Of a DNA stretch of 64,000 nucleotides, positions 26,693 through 38,920 are shown in pieces (position 1 is the stretch's first letter; each line of letters opens with the position of its first letter). The position numbers and the translations under genes were made by a program. The notes beneath the pieces were generated by a model. That model saw only the letters and a program-made list of their open reading frames with translations, had not been told where the DNA came from and ran no database searches. Origin of the DNA: Mobula hypostoma (lineage: Eukaryota). The stretch is from NCBI RefSeq assembly GCF_963921235.1, contig NC_086107.1, forward strand, positions 98,210,001 through 98,274,000. The letters are read 5' to 3'.

Positions 26693-26750
26693 GGTGACTG
26701 GATCCCTCCTGAACACGGACACCGGAGCTTCCTCTTCCATCCGACACTGG
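26693..26750 (+). CDS. PDGFB: PDGF-B-like exon 2 (propeptide GDWIPPEHGHRSFLFHPTL+G)
   Basis: Pyrimidine tract with cag acceptor and G|GTAAGT donor. 58 nt, phase 0 to 1. GDWIPPE resembles PDGFB GDPIPEE, and RSF is retained. Confidence 0.8.
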
Positions 26751-27939
26751 GTAAGTGATTCCAGCGGTGCCCTGCAGGGGCTGGGAGCGGGGCGCGGGCA
26801 CTGAGGAACGGGAGGAAGGTGGTGCTGCGGTGGAGGAGACTCCACAGCTGCCTGGCAGAATATATCCACGGGGCTGTGACAGCGGAGTGGAGTCGCTGGG
26901 CAAACAGCCAAGTTCTAGACTATAGCTCCAGGGGCAAGAGTTCAAATCTCACTGGTGACGACAGTAGCTGGGGACCTTCAATTTAAGTAATTAATTAAAA
27001 CTAGGAGTGGGGGGGGGGGAAGGCTAGCAGGAGTAAGTCCAAATCTATTGGAAGCACGAGACTGCAAATACTGCAATCTGGAGCATCTGAAGGGACTGGG
27101 TGGGTCGAGCAGCATCTGTGGGCAGAGGGGAATGGTCGCAATTTCATGTGGAAATCTTTCATCAGGCAGACTATAGTACAGTACTGGATTGTGTACACGA
27201 AAAAATCCACCTGATTCCTTTCGTCTTTCAACTTCCAGACCCGCAAACGTGGTTAAATGTAAAAAAAAACAAAGTGCTGGAGGAACTCAACAGGTCAATA
27301 GGTTTTTAGTGTTTGTTGCTCCAGACTTCCAGCATCTGCAGAACATCTTGTGTTTAATATTCCACAGGTCAGGCAGCAAAAAGCAGTCGATAGTTCAGGC
27401 GGGTGACCCTGAGCCCAAAACTCCTTCTACAGGTGCTGCTTGTCCTACCACGTGTCCGCAGCGTTCCCCTGATTTTGTTTCGGGTTTCTGACATCTGCGG
27501 GTTTTTAGCATTTTTTTTATATAAAGAAAGAAATCCAACTGAAGGGTCGTTTCTCCTCAGTTTGGCAGTAAGGGTCAGCGGTGCCAGAGGTCACCATGTC
27601 CTGTGAATTAATTAAAAGCAATATGGTGGGTCTGGATCACTTTAGAGCAGAGATGCAGTGCGTGAAGCATATTGGTGGACAATGGTAACCGAAGATTAGC
27701 ATTGAAACCTACAGTACAGTGCATTGTTCCCATCAAATCTACTCAGCAAGGACTGTTCAGAGTCGCCGTGCCTGCGACAGCCCTAACCATATGTCTTCGG
27801 AATGTGGGATGAACCCGGAGCACCCGGCGGAAACCCATGCTGTCGCGGGCAGACCGAAGCGGGATTGAACCCAGGTTGTTGGCACTGGTAGTGTTATGTG
27901 AACCACTCCACTGCATTGCTGTGCGGTCCTGGGGCATCA

Positions 27940-28352
27940 CTCATGTTGCCCGTTCCACCGCTGGCATTTAGGACGGCAATGAAGCTCCTCCGTCCCTGAT
28001 GGTGGTCAGGGCTTCCTTCATCGTGTCAGTAGCTCGGTTTTCACTGTCAGTCATGCAAGTCCCGGGTGGAGACCCAGGAATACTGTCCCACGCAGATATA
28101 GAAGGATTCTTCGTTTTTGTTTCCATAACAGTTTTTGTTTCACCAGTCAGGGTTGTTAGCCCTGAGCTGACCCCTGAACCTGGAGGATTAGTGGACCACT
28201 CTTAGTCTGGCCTCTACCCTTCAACCGCTTTGGGATGGGTGACCATACTAAGAGCCAAAGCACGAGGCCCTGACTCCAGCCAACATAACTCCCCAGGTCA
28301 TTGAGGTACATGAGCCTCCAAACCCTACTGCAAGGTTGTGGTCCTCTTGTGG
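27940..28352 (-). mobile_element. Bipartite RTE-derived non-autonomous element (5' UTR joined to 3' end) in intron 2
   Basis: Reverse complement matches 63035-63377. Its 5' part resembles BovB/fish RTE leaders (ggaccacaaccttg...gtggtcc). Confidence 0.7.
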
Positions 28353-31300
28353 ATCCTGTGGAATTAGGGTGATAATTTTGCTGGCTTAAGGTGTTCTGTA
28401 GGTAGGGTCAGAGGTGCGATCCCTCCTCTCTGCAGCCAGGGCCCACTGTCCCCTTCATACCCAACGGTAACCATGGAAGGAATAGCTGACAAGATCTGCA
28501 CTACTTGTTCAGGTCACGACTCTGCTGGGAAGGGGACACCATGCGCTCCCTGGGCTTTGTGAGTGGGAAGGTGGGGAAGGCAGGAGGTTTCAGAAGAGAT
28601 TCCTGTCGTGTAGAGTTGCAGTGAGAGTGGATAAAGGTGAGAGGAGATGTGCACGTGAAAGGGGTGAGAATAAGCTTGCCATTGCAGCTCCTGGCATGGC
28701 AGCTGGAATTGCAGAGTTTTTTGTGGTCTGTGTTTTGAGATCAAGAGGCGGCGCTGAGGTGTGTACACGGGTCAGGACCTCCTCTACTCCCCATGCTACG
28801 AGCGCTCCTGAATGCATTTTTTTTTTTGAGTTCCATAATGACATTTCAATTCTTGCCTGTTATGTCTGCCAGCTATTGCAACCTCAGTTCAGTTGCTATC
28901 TAAGAAAGCCCAGTGTTTCCTGGAATTGTCTAGAAGTCCAAACGACTTTGGCGAGGTTCCACTGCCTCCTTACAGTCTAACAGCGCGGCATCACGTGAGG
29001 CAGCCGGGCTGCCCATGTTTCTGGGTTTTGTCCCACCATTGTTAAATGCCAGTCTCTCTCTTGTTTTTCAAATACAATGAATCTGCTTCTAAATATAGGC
29101 GCACTGTTTTAACATTCCAACTGTCCTGACCAGGATGGAATTTGTCGAATAGTTTCCTGAGAGTTTGTGTTTGCGATTGTCTGAAACATTTCAAATGAAC
29201 AAAGTTTCTTTCTTTTGCCCGCGGGTCTGACCTTCACATTAACATTTCTACTTCGTAAATGTGACACGATTAACATTTCAGTCCGCTCGATCCTTTCTCC
29301 GTGCTCTTAACCCTTGTGAGGCCGGAGTGACACACCCATTCTATGTGGAGCTGGATCTATGATGCGTGTTTAATGGGAGGGGATCATGCTTTCACCTGGG
29401 GTTTCCCAACCCTTTTTATGCCATGGACCCCCTACCATTAACTGAGGGGTCTGAGGACCCCTTCACTTTAAACGAATCACAGTTCTGTCACTTTGTGCAC
29501 CAGCAGTTTTAAATAGTTCTCCATCAGGGGCTCTGTCCCTGATCCCTGTCAGGCCCCCACCTCTACTTGGCGCTTATTTAATATTTTAGAAATGCAGTGA
29601 CCTGTGCCTCCCACCCATTTAACACCAGCCTAATCACAGGCTAACTTGCACTGGCCAATCAACCTGGCACGTCTTCTAACTGTGTGTGCCTGCTGGAAGA
29701 AGGATCTCAGGGTTGTGTGTGGTGACATGTATGTACTCTGATAGTAAATTTTACTTTGAACTTTGAATTGTGGGAGGAAAGGGGAGTATCCGGAGGAAAC
29801 CCTAGTACGTTCTCCCGGTGAACTGCGAGCTCCTTGCGGACAGCATCGGAATCAAACTCTGAACTCCAGGACGCCGTGAGCTGTAATTATGTCACGCTAA
29901 CTGCCACTGTGGTGCCCAGTACTGTACCGTAGTACTGTCCTTAAACCTATCCGGACCAAAATTTTGTTCACCCGTCCTAATATTTCTCCCTCACCTCTTT
30001 GTTAAAAATACTCCTAAGACAGAACTTTGGACTCGGTTGTGTCAGAAGTTTTATAGGAACTGGGTCGATTATAGTGCCAGTGGATGACCGTTCCCCTCCC
30101 ATTGTCTCCTGATCCCCATCCTGCGCCTGTGTCACACTGACATTTCCAGAGTGCAATTCGCTCTGGTGTGGAATATTTGCTGGCTGGATCCACCCCCCCC
30201 TCCCCCCCCCCACAACCAACCTGTAATCCCCTCATCTGAGGCAGGCATCCCCTGGGATTTGGCCCCTAGGTTCCTGGTAAGAATTTATTTTGACCAACTT
30301 TGCAACTTCCTTTGTGAGCTGATGAGAGAGAAAATTGATGTTTGTTGAAACATCCTGATTACAGGCCAAGGGGACAGGTGTTTAAATTCAGAAAGAGTAA
30401 CAAGGTATTACCAGTGTCATACATTCCATGGACTGGGTGATCATTAGAGAGAATGTTTGTATAGGAGATATTGAAATTGAGCAGGAGGAGGAGGAGGAAT
30501 CTTCCCACATTCAGAGCTGTGAGACTGTGGTGTCTATCACCAGGTTCGTGACTGAAGCAAAGTTGCTGCCAAAATCAATGATTGGATTTGATTGTTGGAT
30601 CAGGGAAGGAGAATGGAATGGATAGAAAGGCAGAGCTTGTAAACGTTCCCTCAACTCGCTGTTTTTGAGGAACAGCAAAAAAAATCCTGCAGATGCCAGA
30701 ATACTGAAATAAAAGCAAAAAGAGCTGGAAATAATCAGTGGATTAGGCAGGTTTAGAGTTTCAGGTGGATGAGCTTTCAAGTCAACACAGTACTGATGAG
30801 AACTCACATTTTAACCTGTTACTCTGTCCGCAGATGCTGCCTGATCCCCTGAGAGTTTCCATTGAGCTCTGTTGCCCAAGGAAACAATTCTGCTCTGTTT
30901 TTTCCTATAACCGGCTCTCAGGATCTCTCCACCTGAAAGCTCGAACCTTGTCTTTTGATTGAAGACTTGCACTGAGACAGGTAGATTTTTGTTTGGTGGA
31001 TAGTACAGATCACGTCTGATGGGCTGAGTGGCCACAGCTGGGACAACACTACAACAGAGAGGCAACAGCAGCGTGAAGTTGGTGCATCCCTCTGCCTGAC
31101 GTGCCGGTGCCTGCCGCTGTCAGTGGTTCCCAGGTTAAATGAGGTATTGGATGACTCCTGGCGGACAACATTTTGGGAACCGGGCCACGTTGACAACCCC
31201 AGTCAGGTCCCTAATCCCATTCGGTATTCAGCTGCTGACCCAAGATGTGTGATCTCTCCAAAGCCATGTCATTATGGAGGTAAAATGAGTTATCCCTGGC

Positions 31301-32049
31301 ATTTCACACTTTTTATCCCTCTGGAGGAAGATGTGTATTAAATGATCTGGATTCAGTGGAAGGCTGTTACTGATAGTGACTTCAAGACACCAGCTGTGGT
31401 AACCAACTCCTGGGCCAGCACACTCTGGTAATTGGATCACGAAGAGGCTGGAATTAGCTCTGGAAGTCAGCTACGGAAACTTTTCTCACGGGCTTCGGAC
31501 ATTGCCTTCGTGAGCACCTCTCCACTTCTTAACCTGCAGCTGTTCCCTCAACCTTGTGGCATGAGCCCTGGAATTTTCAACTTTCAGATGCTCTTAAAGC
31601 TCTCACTTTCTTATCTCCATGCCAAAGCAAAGGGCAATGAGATATGAATGGGAGGTGGCCATTCAACCCCTCTGATCTATCACAGGAGGCGACCACTCAA
31701 CTCCTCTGATCTATTACAGAGCCCTCAACCCTTTGGAAATGGCCTGTGTGGCCGACCTTCATTACTTTCGTCAGCTTTCCTGCATTAACTCCCACAGGCA
31801 GTTAAGAAAATTAGAACTAGCAGGCAAAAAATGAGGTGCAGGAGGAACTCGGTGAGTCAGGCAGCTCCAGGGGAGGGAAATGGAGAGTTAACATCCGGAA
31901 TAAAATATAACACCATTCCGCTTTTCTAATTTGAAGGACGAGGTGAAAATAATTTGCGTTAGTCTACAACTGACCTGAAAAGTGAATAACTTTTTAATAT
32001 ATAATTTCTAGACTGGTGTGGATGGTAACCAGCTTGTGTTTGGTTTCAG

Positions 32050-32139
32050 ACACGGACATCAATAATTCTGACGACCTTGATTTGGTGTCTGTAAACGAAG
32101 GTGATCGTGCGAAAGTGGTGCGTGTGACCCGTAGTACAG
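32050..32139 (+). CDS. PDGFB: PDGF-B-like exon 3 (propeptide (D)TDINNSDDLDLVSVNEGDRAKVVRVTRST with RxxR convertase site)
   Basis: tttcag acceptor and AG|GTAAGG donor. 90 nt, phase 1 to 1. Contains an N-N-S sequon and RVTR/S at the position of PDGFB RGRR/S. Confidence 0.85.
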
Positions 32140-34782
32140 GTAAGGGGTGTTTCTGTAACAATTGCCTAGGGCCATATTTACTTATTTGGCAATTCAACAC
32201 GGTGTAGGCCATTCCATGCATTCCACAGGGAATTCGTCATGGAACAGTGCCGGAATTCAACTCTTAAACTCCGGAACGCCCTGATCTGTGATGGGGTCAC
32301 GCAAACCGCCAGGCCGCTGCGGTGCGTTTTGGCAAACGTTTCCAGTCTATCGTTACCTGGCCAGGGTGACCAGTGGCCCAAGCGGAGGCTGTGATGCTTG
32401 CCGCATGAGTAGTTCGTCAGGGTCCCAGGGGTGCTGGGGTACTAGTAGTCAGGGTCAGGCGGGAGTGCGGTCATCAGGAAGAAGGCATTTAAAGAGGAAA
32501 TTCCCATGATTGGGGCTTTGATACCTGGAAACATGGCCACCAGTTGGCTAGCATGTAGCAGTTAGTATGATGCTAACCCAGCGTAGGGTAGTCCAGAATT
32601 CAGTCCAGAGTTCAATCCCGGGGCGGTCCCATAAGGATCTTGTGCGTCCTTCCCGCTGGTTTTCCCCAAGTGCCCTGGTTTCCTTCCACAGTCCAAAGAT
32701 GTACGGGATAGATTAATTAGTCATTGCAAAAAAAGAAAAAGGGAACACCTCTTTTCCCCTTATTAGGGATTGAGAGAGCCTTTGTGGTATGTCAAATTAC
32801 CGGGTGAACGAGTAATCTTTGGACTGCTGCGAGTCTGTGTCTTTATTGATGGTTGAGTGCTTGGTGGAGGGTGCTGATGCTTTTTTGCTGGTGGGGGAGA
32901 GGGGGTGTTGCTTTACTGCTGCTTATGTGTGGGGGGGAGCTGGGGGGGACTTGGGGGTTTAACATTTAACTGTCATTCATTCTTTGGGGCACTCCTCTGT
33001 TTTTGTGGATATTTGTGAAGAAAAAGAATTTCAGGATGTATATTGTATACGTTTCTCTGGCATTAAATGTACCTATTGAAACCTATTAAATTGTCCTGTG
33101 ATTAGCTTAGGGGTGATCAGGGCTGTAAGGTTGCTGGGGCAGTGTGACTCAGAGGGGTGGAAGCACCTACTTCACGCTGCATCGCTAGATAGGTAGTAAG
33201 AGGTCGGGAGGAAAGCAACACGGAAATATTAGAGAGGGTCATAAGCAGGATGCGGTTAACACGCGAGGAGTGGGAGGAATCTGAGGGTTTGAAAGAATGG
33301 GAGTCTGCGGACAGAGGTGTAAGTAACTGGGGGTTGATTGATCCTAATCCATGCCAACTCATCTCCATCCACACCCACTTGGGTTTAGTGATTCACAGTG
33401 CTGACGTTTGTCGCATGTCCCTAATTTCCCCTGAATGAGGGGGAGGCGAAGTGTCAACCACATTATGGGCCTGGAGTTATCGACCAGCTCGCTATCTGAC
33501 AGACGTTAGTCATGAGCCACACTGGTTTTTCCAGCATCGATCTCTTGGGTTTCTGGTCACTGGTACCAAGTTAGTTTGCAGTTAGTCGACTCCAACCATC
33601 CCAAATTTAGCTGCAAAGGTGGGACTTCAACTTGTGCTCCGGACTGTTTCCATTGTGAGTCCATTAACAGTCCCTATGTCGTGTCCCCAGTCTCCAGTTA
33701 AAATATTCCTTTTCATAGACCGCTCCCCTCCTGTCCTCGCCCCTCCCCTGCAACCCCTCCCATAGACACCCCAAGCTCTGGTGTATCAGTGCCATCCCGG
33801 TGGTACCTGAAGCCAGGGGCTGCCACAACACCTTCATCCTCTCACCTTAATGACTGTAAGCTAGGGCTTCTCATCCTGTGGTCCATGGACCCCTTGCTTA
33901 ATGGCATTGGTCCATGGCATTAAAAATGTTGGGAGCTCCTGGTCTAAGCTGACAGGGTCAAATGTCCATGCCTGCCCTGACCTTCCCTCTTTTTGATTTC
34001 AGAATCAGGTTTATTATCATAAGGCATAGGAGCAGAATTAGACCACTCAGCCCATCGAGTCTGTTCCACCATTCAATCATGGTTGATTTATTTTCCATTT
34101 CGACCCCATTCTCCAGCTTTTAGCACCCTTGACAGTCAAGAACCTATCAACATCTGCTTTAAATATACCTAAAAAATTGGCCATAAATTCCACAGATTCA
34201 CCACCCTTTGGCTAAAGAAATTCCTCCTCGCTGTTCTAAAGGGACATCTTTCTATCATGGTCCTAGACTCTCCCACAATTGGAAATATCCTCTCCACATA
34301 CCCAGTCCTTTCAATATTCGACAGGCTTCAATGAGATCTCCCCTCATTCTTCTAAACTCCAGCGAGTACAGGCCCGGAGCCCTCGATCACTCCTATAGGT
34401 AGATATTAACGTATGTTAACCCTTTCATTCCCAAGGTCACAGTCATACATTGTGAAATTTGTTTTGTAGCGGCAGTACAATGCGAACCATAAAAATGACT
34501 ATAAACTGCCAGATTATTAGCGCAAGATACTGAGGTGATGTTCATGGACGGTTCAGAAAAATGATGATGAAGGGGGAAGAAGCTGTCCTTAAAATGTTCT
34601 TAAACCTCCATGTCTCTTCCTGATGAAGAGGAGATGTCCCAGGTGAAGGTGGTGTTGTCATGGTGCTCAGTGAGGCAGTGTGGGGGTGGGGGGTCAGCCT
34701 GCCTTGTCCAATTGAGGGAGGGGGAGAGTGCCTCAGGCCCAGCTGACTGGTGACCCTGTCCACCCATTCCTGTCTCCGCCAG

Positions 34783-34976
34783 AGGTGGAAATGGCCAAGC
34801 CAGCCGAGTGCAAGGTCCGGCCGGAGGTGGTGGAGATAACGCGGGGCATGGTGGACCCCACCAGGGCCAACTTCTACCTGTGGCCGAGCTGCGTGGAGGT
34901 CCAGCGCTGCTCGGGCTGCTGTAACTCCAGGATCTACAAGTGCCAGCCCACCCAGGTACAGAAGCGACGAGTGAAG
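34783..34976 (+). CDS. PDGFB: PDGF-B-like exon 4, PDGF/VEGF cystine-knot domain
   Basis: (E)[64 protein letters not shown] contains the P-[PS]-C-V-x3-R-C-x-G-C-C family signature. ccag acceptor, AAG|GTGAGG donor, 194 nt, phase 1 to 0. Confidence 0.95.
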
Positions 34977-35849
34977 GTGAGGATTGGCTGTGGGGGTGAG
35001 GGCTGGGCTCCATTGGTGGCGGGATGCTGGGGGGGCTGGGCGGCCAAAGATCTGTGCACCTGGGGTGTTACATCATGTGCTGGGATTTGTTGGTGCGCTG
35101 GGGCTTTGTGGAGGATTCTGGACGTCGAGGGCTTGGCTGGGAGGAGGGTAGTGTGGTAGAGATTCAGTGGTGGCAATAATAATTATTATCACCGACCTAC
35201 AAATGTCATTTATTGTTTTGTGCTAGTGGTACAACACAAGATATAAAATTATGTGAAGATGCAATACAAGTAAACAGTGAAGAAGAGGAATAGTGAGAAA
35301 GTATTCATGGTTACAGGGACCATTAAGAAATCTGATAGTGGAGGAGAGGCTTTTCCTAAATCACTTCGTGTGTGGCATTGGGCTCAAATGTGCTGATGAC
35401 ACAAAAATAGGTGAAAGAGCAAGCAACATTGGGGACGTTCACATTCTGCAACCGGATATTGATCAGTAGTTTGAGTGGGTGAGAAGTTTAAATTAGGAAA
35501 CGGAGGTCATATGCTTCAGTACCAGGAACCTCGGCACAGACGTCAAAATGGAAAGAGATGTTAGATTAACAAAGTACAAAGATCCGTATCTTACTGCGAG
35601 AAGTTTGAAATTGGGGAGTATTGTTACAAGAGTACATTTGTTGATAGAATGGTCACAGCCAAAGTATTGTTCATGGTTCTGGTCATCTTATTTAAGAGGC
35701 AGACCAAAAGAGATTCACTTGGCTAATTCCTGATCTATCAGGAGTGATAAGAAGAAATTAGAAACCTATTCTTTAGCATTTACGAAAATAAGAGGTGTTC
35801 TTACTGAAAAATGAAATCTTAAGGGAGCACAACATTAGTGGGAGGATCA

Positions 35850-36430
35850 CAAGTGAAAAAATCTGCTGATGATTGAAGTCCAAAGCAACATACACACAAA
35901 GACACACTCAAAATGCTGGAGGAACTCAGCAGGCCAGGCTATGGAAAAGAGTAAACAGTCCATGTTTTGGGCAAAGACCCTTCATCAGGACTGGAAAGGA
36001 AGGGGAGAAGTCAGAATAAGAAGGCGGGGGGAGGGGAGAAAGAAGTACAAGGTGACAGGTGAGACCGGAAGAGGGGAAAGTGAAGAGCTGGGAAGTTGAT
36101 TGGTGAAAGAGATAAAGGGCTGGAGAAGGGGGAATCTGATGGGAGAGGACAGAAGGCCATGGCAGAAAGGGAAGGGGGAGGAGCAGCAGGAGGAGATTGG
36201 GCAGGTAAGGAGGTTAGTTGTGAGAAGGGACGGAGGCATTTGCTGGAAGTTTGAGAAGTCAATGTTCATGCCATCAGGTTGGAGGGTACCCAGATGGAAT
36301 ATAAGGTGTTGCTCCTCCAACCTGAGTGTGGCCTCATTGCGACAGTAGAGGAGGCCATGGACTGACATATCGGAATGGGAAGTAGAGTTAAATTGGGGTG
36401 GCCACCAGGAGATCCCGCTTTTTCTGGATC
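35850..36430 (-). mobile_element. Older Penelope-like 3' fragment in intron 4
   Basis: ORF HFNSTSHS-like FNSTSHSDMSVHGLLYC..RLEEQHLIFHLGTLQPDGMN and a mutated hammerhead at 35957-35992. Confidence 0.85.
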
Positions 36431-36649
36431 TCATGGGACAAGGTAAGGGGATAGGGACAGTCTTAAACTGTTGTGCAGGGATTTCTTCTCGGATTGGCGG
36501 TGAACCTCTGGAAGGTCCTATCTCTAAGATTTGCAGAAGTGAGATCGTCACCACCTCAAAAGGGAAGTGGATTGTTGTTTTATGGAAGATCAAATACTTA
36601 AGGGCTTTGAGGAAACGTCCCAGAAGTGGAGATGGAGTCTAGGACAGAT

Positions 36650-37190
36650 TATTCAAAATCAGATTTAATATCACCGGCATATGTTGTGAAATTTGCAACT
36701 TTATGGCAGAAGAACAATGAACTACATGATAAATAAATATAGAGAAAAACCTGAATTACATTACGTGTGTGTATATGTATGTATACTTTTTTAATAGCTA
36801 AGTTAAAATAAGTAATGCAAAAAAAAAAATTTTTTTTTAAAATAGTGAGGTAATGTCTATGGGTCCATTCAGAAATCAGATGACAGAGGGGAAGAAGCTG
36901 TTCCTGAATCGCTGAGTGTGAGCCTTCAGGCCCCTGTACCTCCTTCCTGATGGTAACAATAAAAAGAGACCATGTCCTGGGTGGTGGTGGACCCTAATAA
37001 TGGACACCACCTTTCTCAGGTACCATTTCTTGGCAGTGTCTAGGATACTACAGAGGCCAGTATCCATGATGGAGCTGAATAATTTTACAAGATTCTGCAA
37101 CTTATTTCAATCTTGTGCTGTAGCCCCCCCCCCCACCCCCATACCAGATGGTGATGCAGCCTGTCACAATGCTCTCCATGGTACATATGA
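36650..37190 (-). mobile_element. Rex1/Babar-like LINE 3' fragment (others at ~24050-24390, 39715-40200 and 62370-62800)
   Basis: HHPGHGLFLLLPSGRRYRGLKAHTQRFRNSFFPSVI. Confidence 0.85.
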
Positions 37191-37671
37191 TCCTATTGAA
37201 TGGTGGGATAGGTTTGAAGGGCTGAATGGCCGACTGCTGCTCCAAGTCCTTGTGTGCGCTGACAGTTGGGGAGCTGTGACCCAGACAAGTGCCTCTGTGG
37301 CTCCCTCACCTCTTGGCCCTCCCCGATCAGCTATCTAAAAATAGCCCGAGCTAAATGTGCACGTGGGTCAGAGGTCAGTCCTACTGGCCCAGGAAATTCC
37401 CAGCATTTTTCCACAATTAATCAACGAGGGTTGGCGGGGAGGGCTGAGACTGGGGGCTGGCACTGTGAGTGAGTGAGTGTCGTTTATCGAGCTGTGCTGA
37501 ATGGGTTGGGCTCAGTCTACATTCATGGCAAAGGTGTGCCTTGCTCCTAAAGTTTTTGGACAAAGGTCCTCAGGATGAAATTTCTTGTAGACTTTCAGCC
37601 ATGGATGGGCAAGCTTGCTGTGTGCTCAGACTGGGCGACAACCCTGCTTGAATTGTCCTTGCATCCCTCAG

Positions 37672-37795
37672 GTCAGGAAGCAGGTGTACCGGCGGAAGAG
37701 CAGCGTGATCAAGATGGTGGAGGTGGTGTTACTCGATCACGTGGCGTGCAAGTGCATGACTGCAGCTCAGTCTGCAGACTCTCAGGGGAGAGAAG
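37672..37795 (+). CDS. PDGFB: PDGF-B-like exon 5 (VRKQVYRRKSSVIKMVEVVLLDHVACKCMTAAQSADSQGRE+G)
   Basis: DHVACKC matches PDGFB DHLACKC. ctcag acceptor, AG|GTGAG donor, 124 nt, phase 0 to 1. Confidence 0.93.
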
Positions 37796-38284
37796 GTGAG
37801 CATCCAACAATCTCAACTTACACCCAGTCTCTGCAACCGAGGATCTGTAGTTAGAGGGTTCAGTAGGGGGATAGATGATGGGTCCTTGAGTTATGTTTGG
37901 TTCACCAACGGACATCTGCCAAGAGTCTGTGTTTTCCAGCTTAGACGACCGCATCCTGTTTTATCTCTGGGCAATAGGTGTCAGAGGTGGGTTGGAATTA
38001 CTTGAGTGTTTGGGAGGATCACAAGTTGACCTGTGTTTGGCTGGTGGGTGCCTGGCGTTGGCCAGTGGTCATCTCGTGTTGAGCTTTGGTTTGGTCCATG
38101 GGTGGTTGGGGCTTGGTCTGTGGGCATCTAGGGTTTGGCTAGTCAGTATCTGGGTTGCAGTTGCTCTAGCCACGAAGCCAGGAGTCTTCCCTCTTCCTAG
38201 TAAATGTAGGTTCGGTGAGTTGGACCAGTTGCTCAGAGGGGGCTTTTGCAGATTTGGAGTCTGACGCACATCTCTTCCCGTCAG

Positions 38285-38400
38285 GGTCCTTGGTCTCTCA
38301 AGCGCCCACCGTAGTCCGGGCCCGCAAGTACCTCAGCAAAAAGCGGAAACATCGGACATCCAAACACATTGCTGGGGAGGAAGGATTCCACCAAACATAG
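38285..38400 (+). CDS. PDGFB: PDGF-B-like exon 6 coding part: basic C-terminal retention motif and stop
   Basis: (G)SLVSQAPTVVRARKYLSKKRKHRTSKHIAGEEGFHQT* aligns with PDGFB VRVRRPPKGKHRKFKH. Candidate donor CAG|GTGGGG after 38417. Total CDS is 636 nt = 211 aa + stop. Confidence 0.85.
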
Positions 38401-38589
38401 CAAGCCTCGAGATTCAGGTGGGGAGCTCTGAGCACCACACTCTCCCTCTCTGGACAAGGGGGATGGTGAGTGAATGGGGCTTGGGGACGGAATGCCCAAA
38501 GGTCTGAATTGTGCCACGTGAAAGCAGCTTCCATCATCAAAGACCCCCAGCATCCAGACCTGCCCCTTTTCTCACTACTACCATCACTG

Positions 38590-38920
38590 GGTGGAGAAAC
38601 GTCTCTACCAAAGGAGGTTTAAGGTGCTCCTTCCCTCTGCTAGCCTGCAGGTCACCCTTGGGCAAGGTGTAACAGCTGCCTAACCCCCCCCCCCGCCATC
38701 CTGATCGGGGTCACGTGGAGCAGGAGGTGGATGGTCGTATGAGCAGCTGGTGCATATTACAAGTCCTAGTTGTGCGACCACTGACAGCAAGCAGACCATT
38801 TCTGAAGAGTATTGATACTGGCTGGCATCACTGCTCAGAAGAAAGCAATGGCAAAAAAACTTCTATGGAAAAATTTGCTGAGAAAGACCATGATCACCCA
38901 TGTCTTATGATATGGTACAT
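38590..38920 (+). mobile_element. SINE-like element with an RTE-type 3' part (copies at ~50335-50530 and 55355-55730, both minus strand)
   Basis: Three similar copies. Contains a gcaatggcaaa(cc)acttc motif like Bov-A/RTE partners, with an (ATG)n tail in the other two copies. Confidence 0.65.

Noticed and set aside
34728..35159. 143-aa ORF as a single-exon PDGF/VEGF gene
   Set aside because: Only 34783-34976 is exon. The flanks are intron read-through past clear splice sites, and the last two cysteines are in exon 5.
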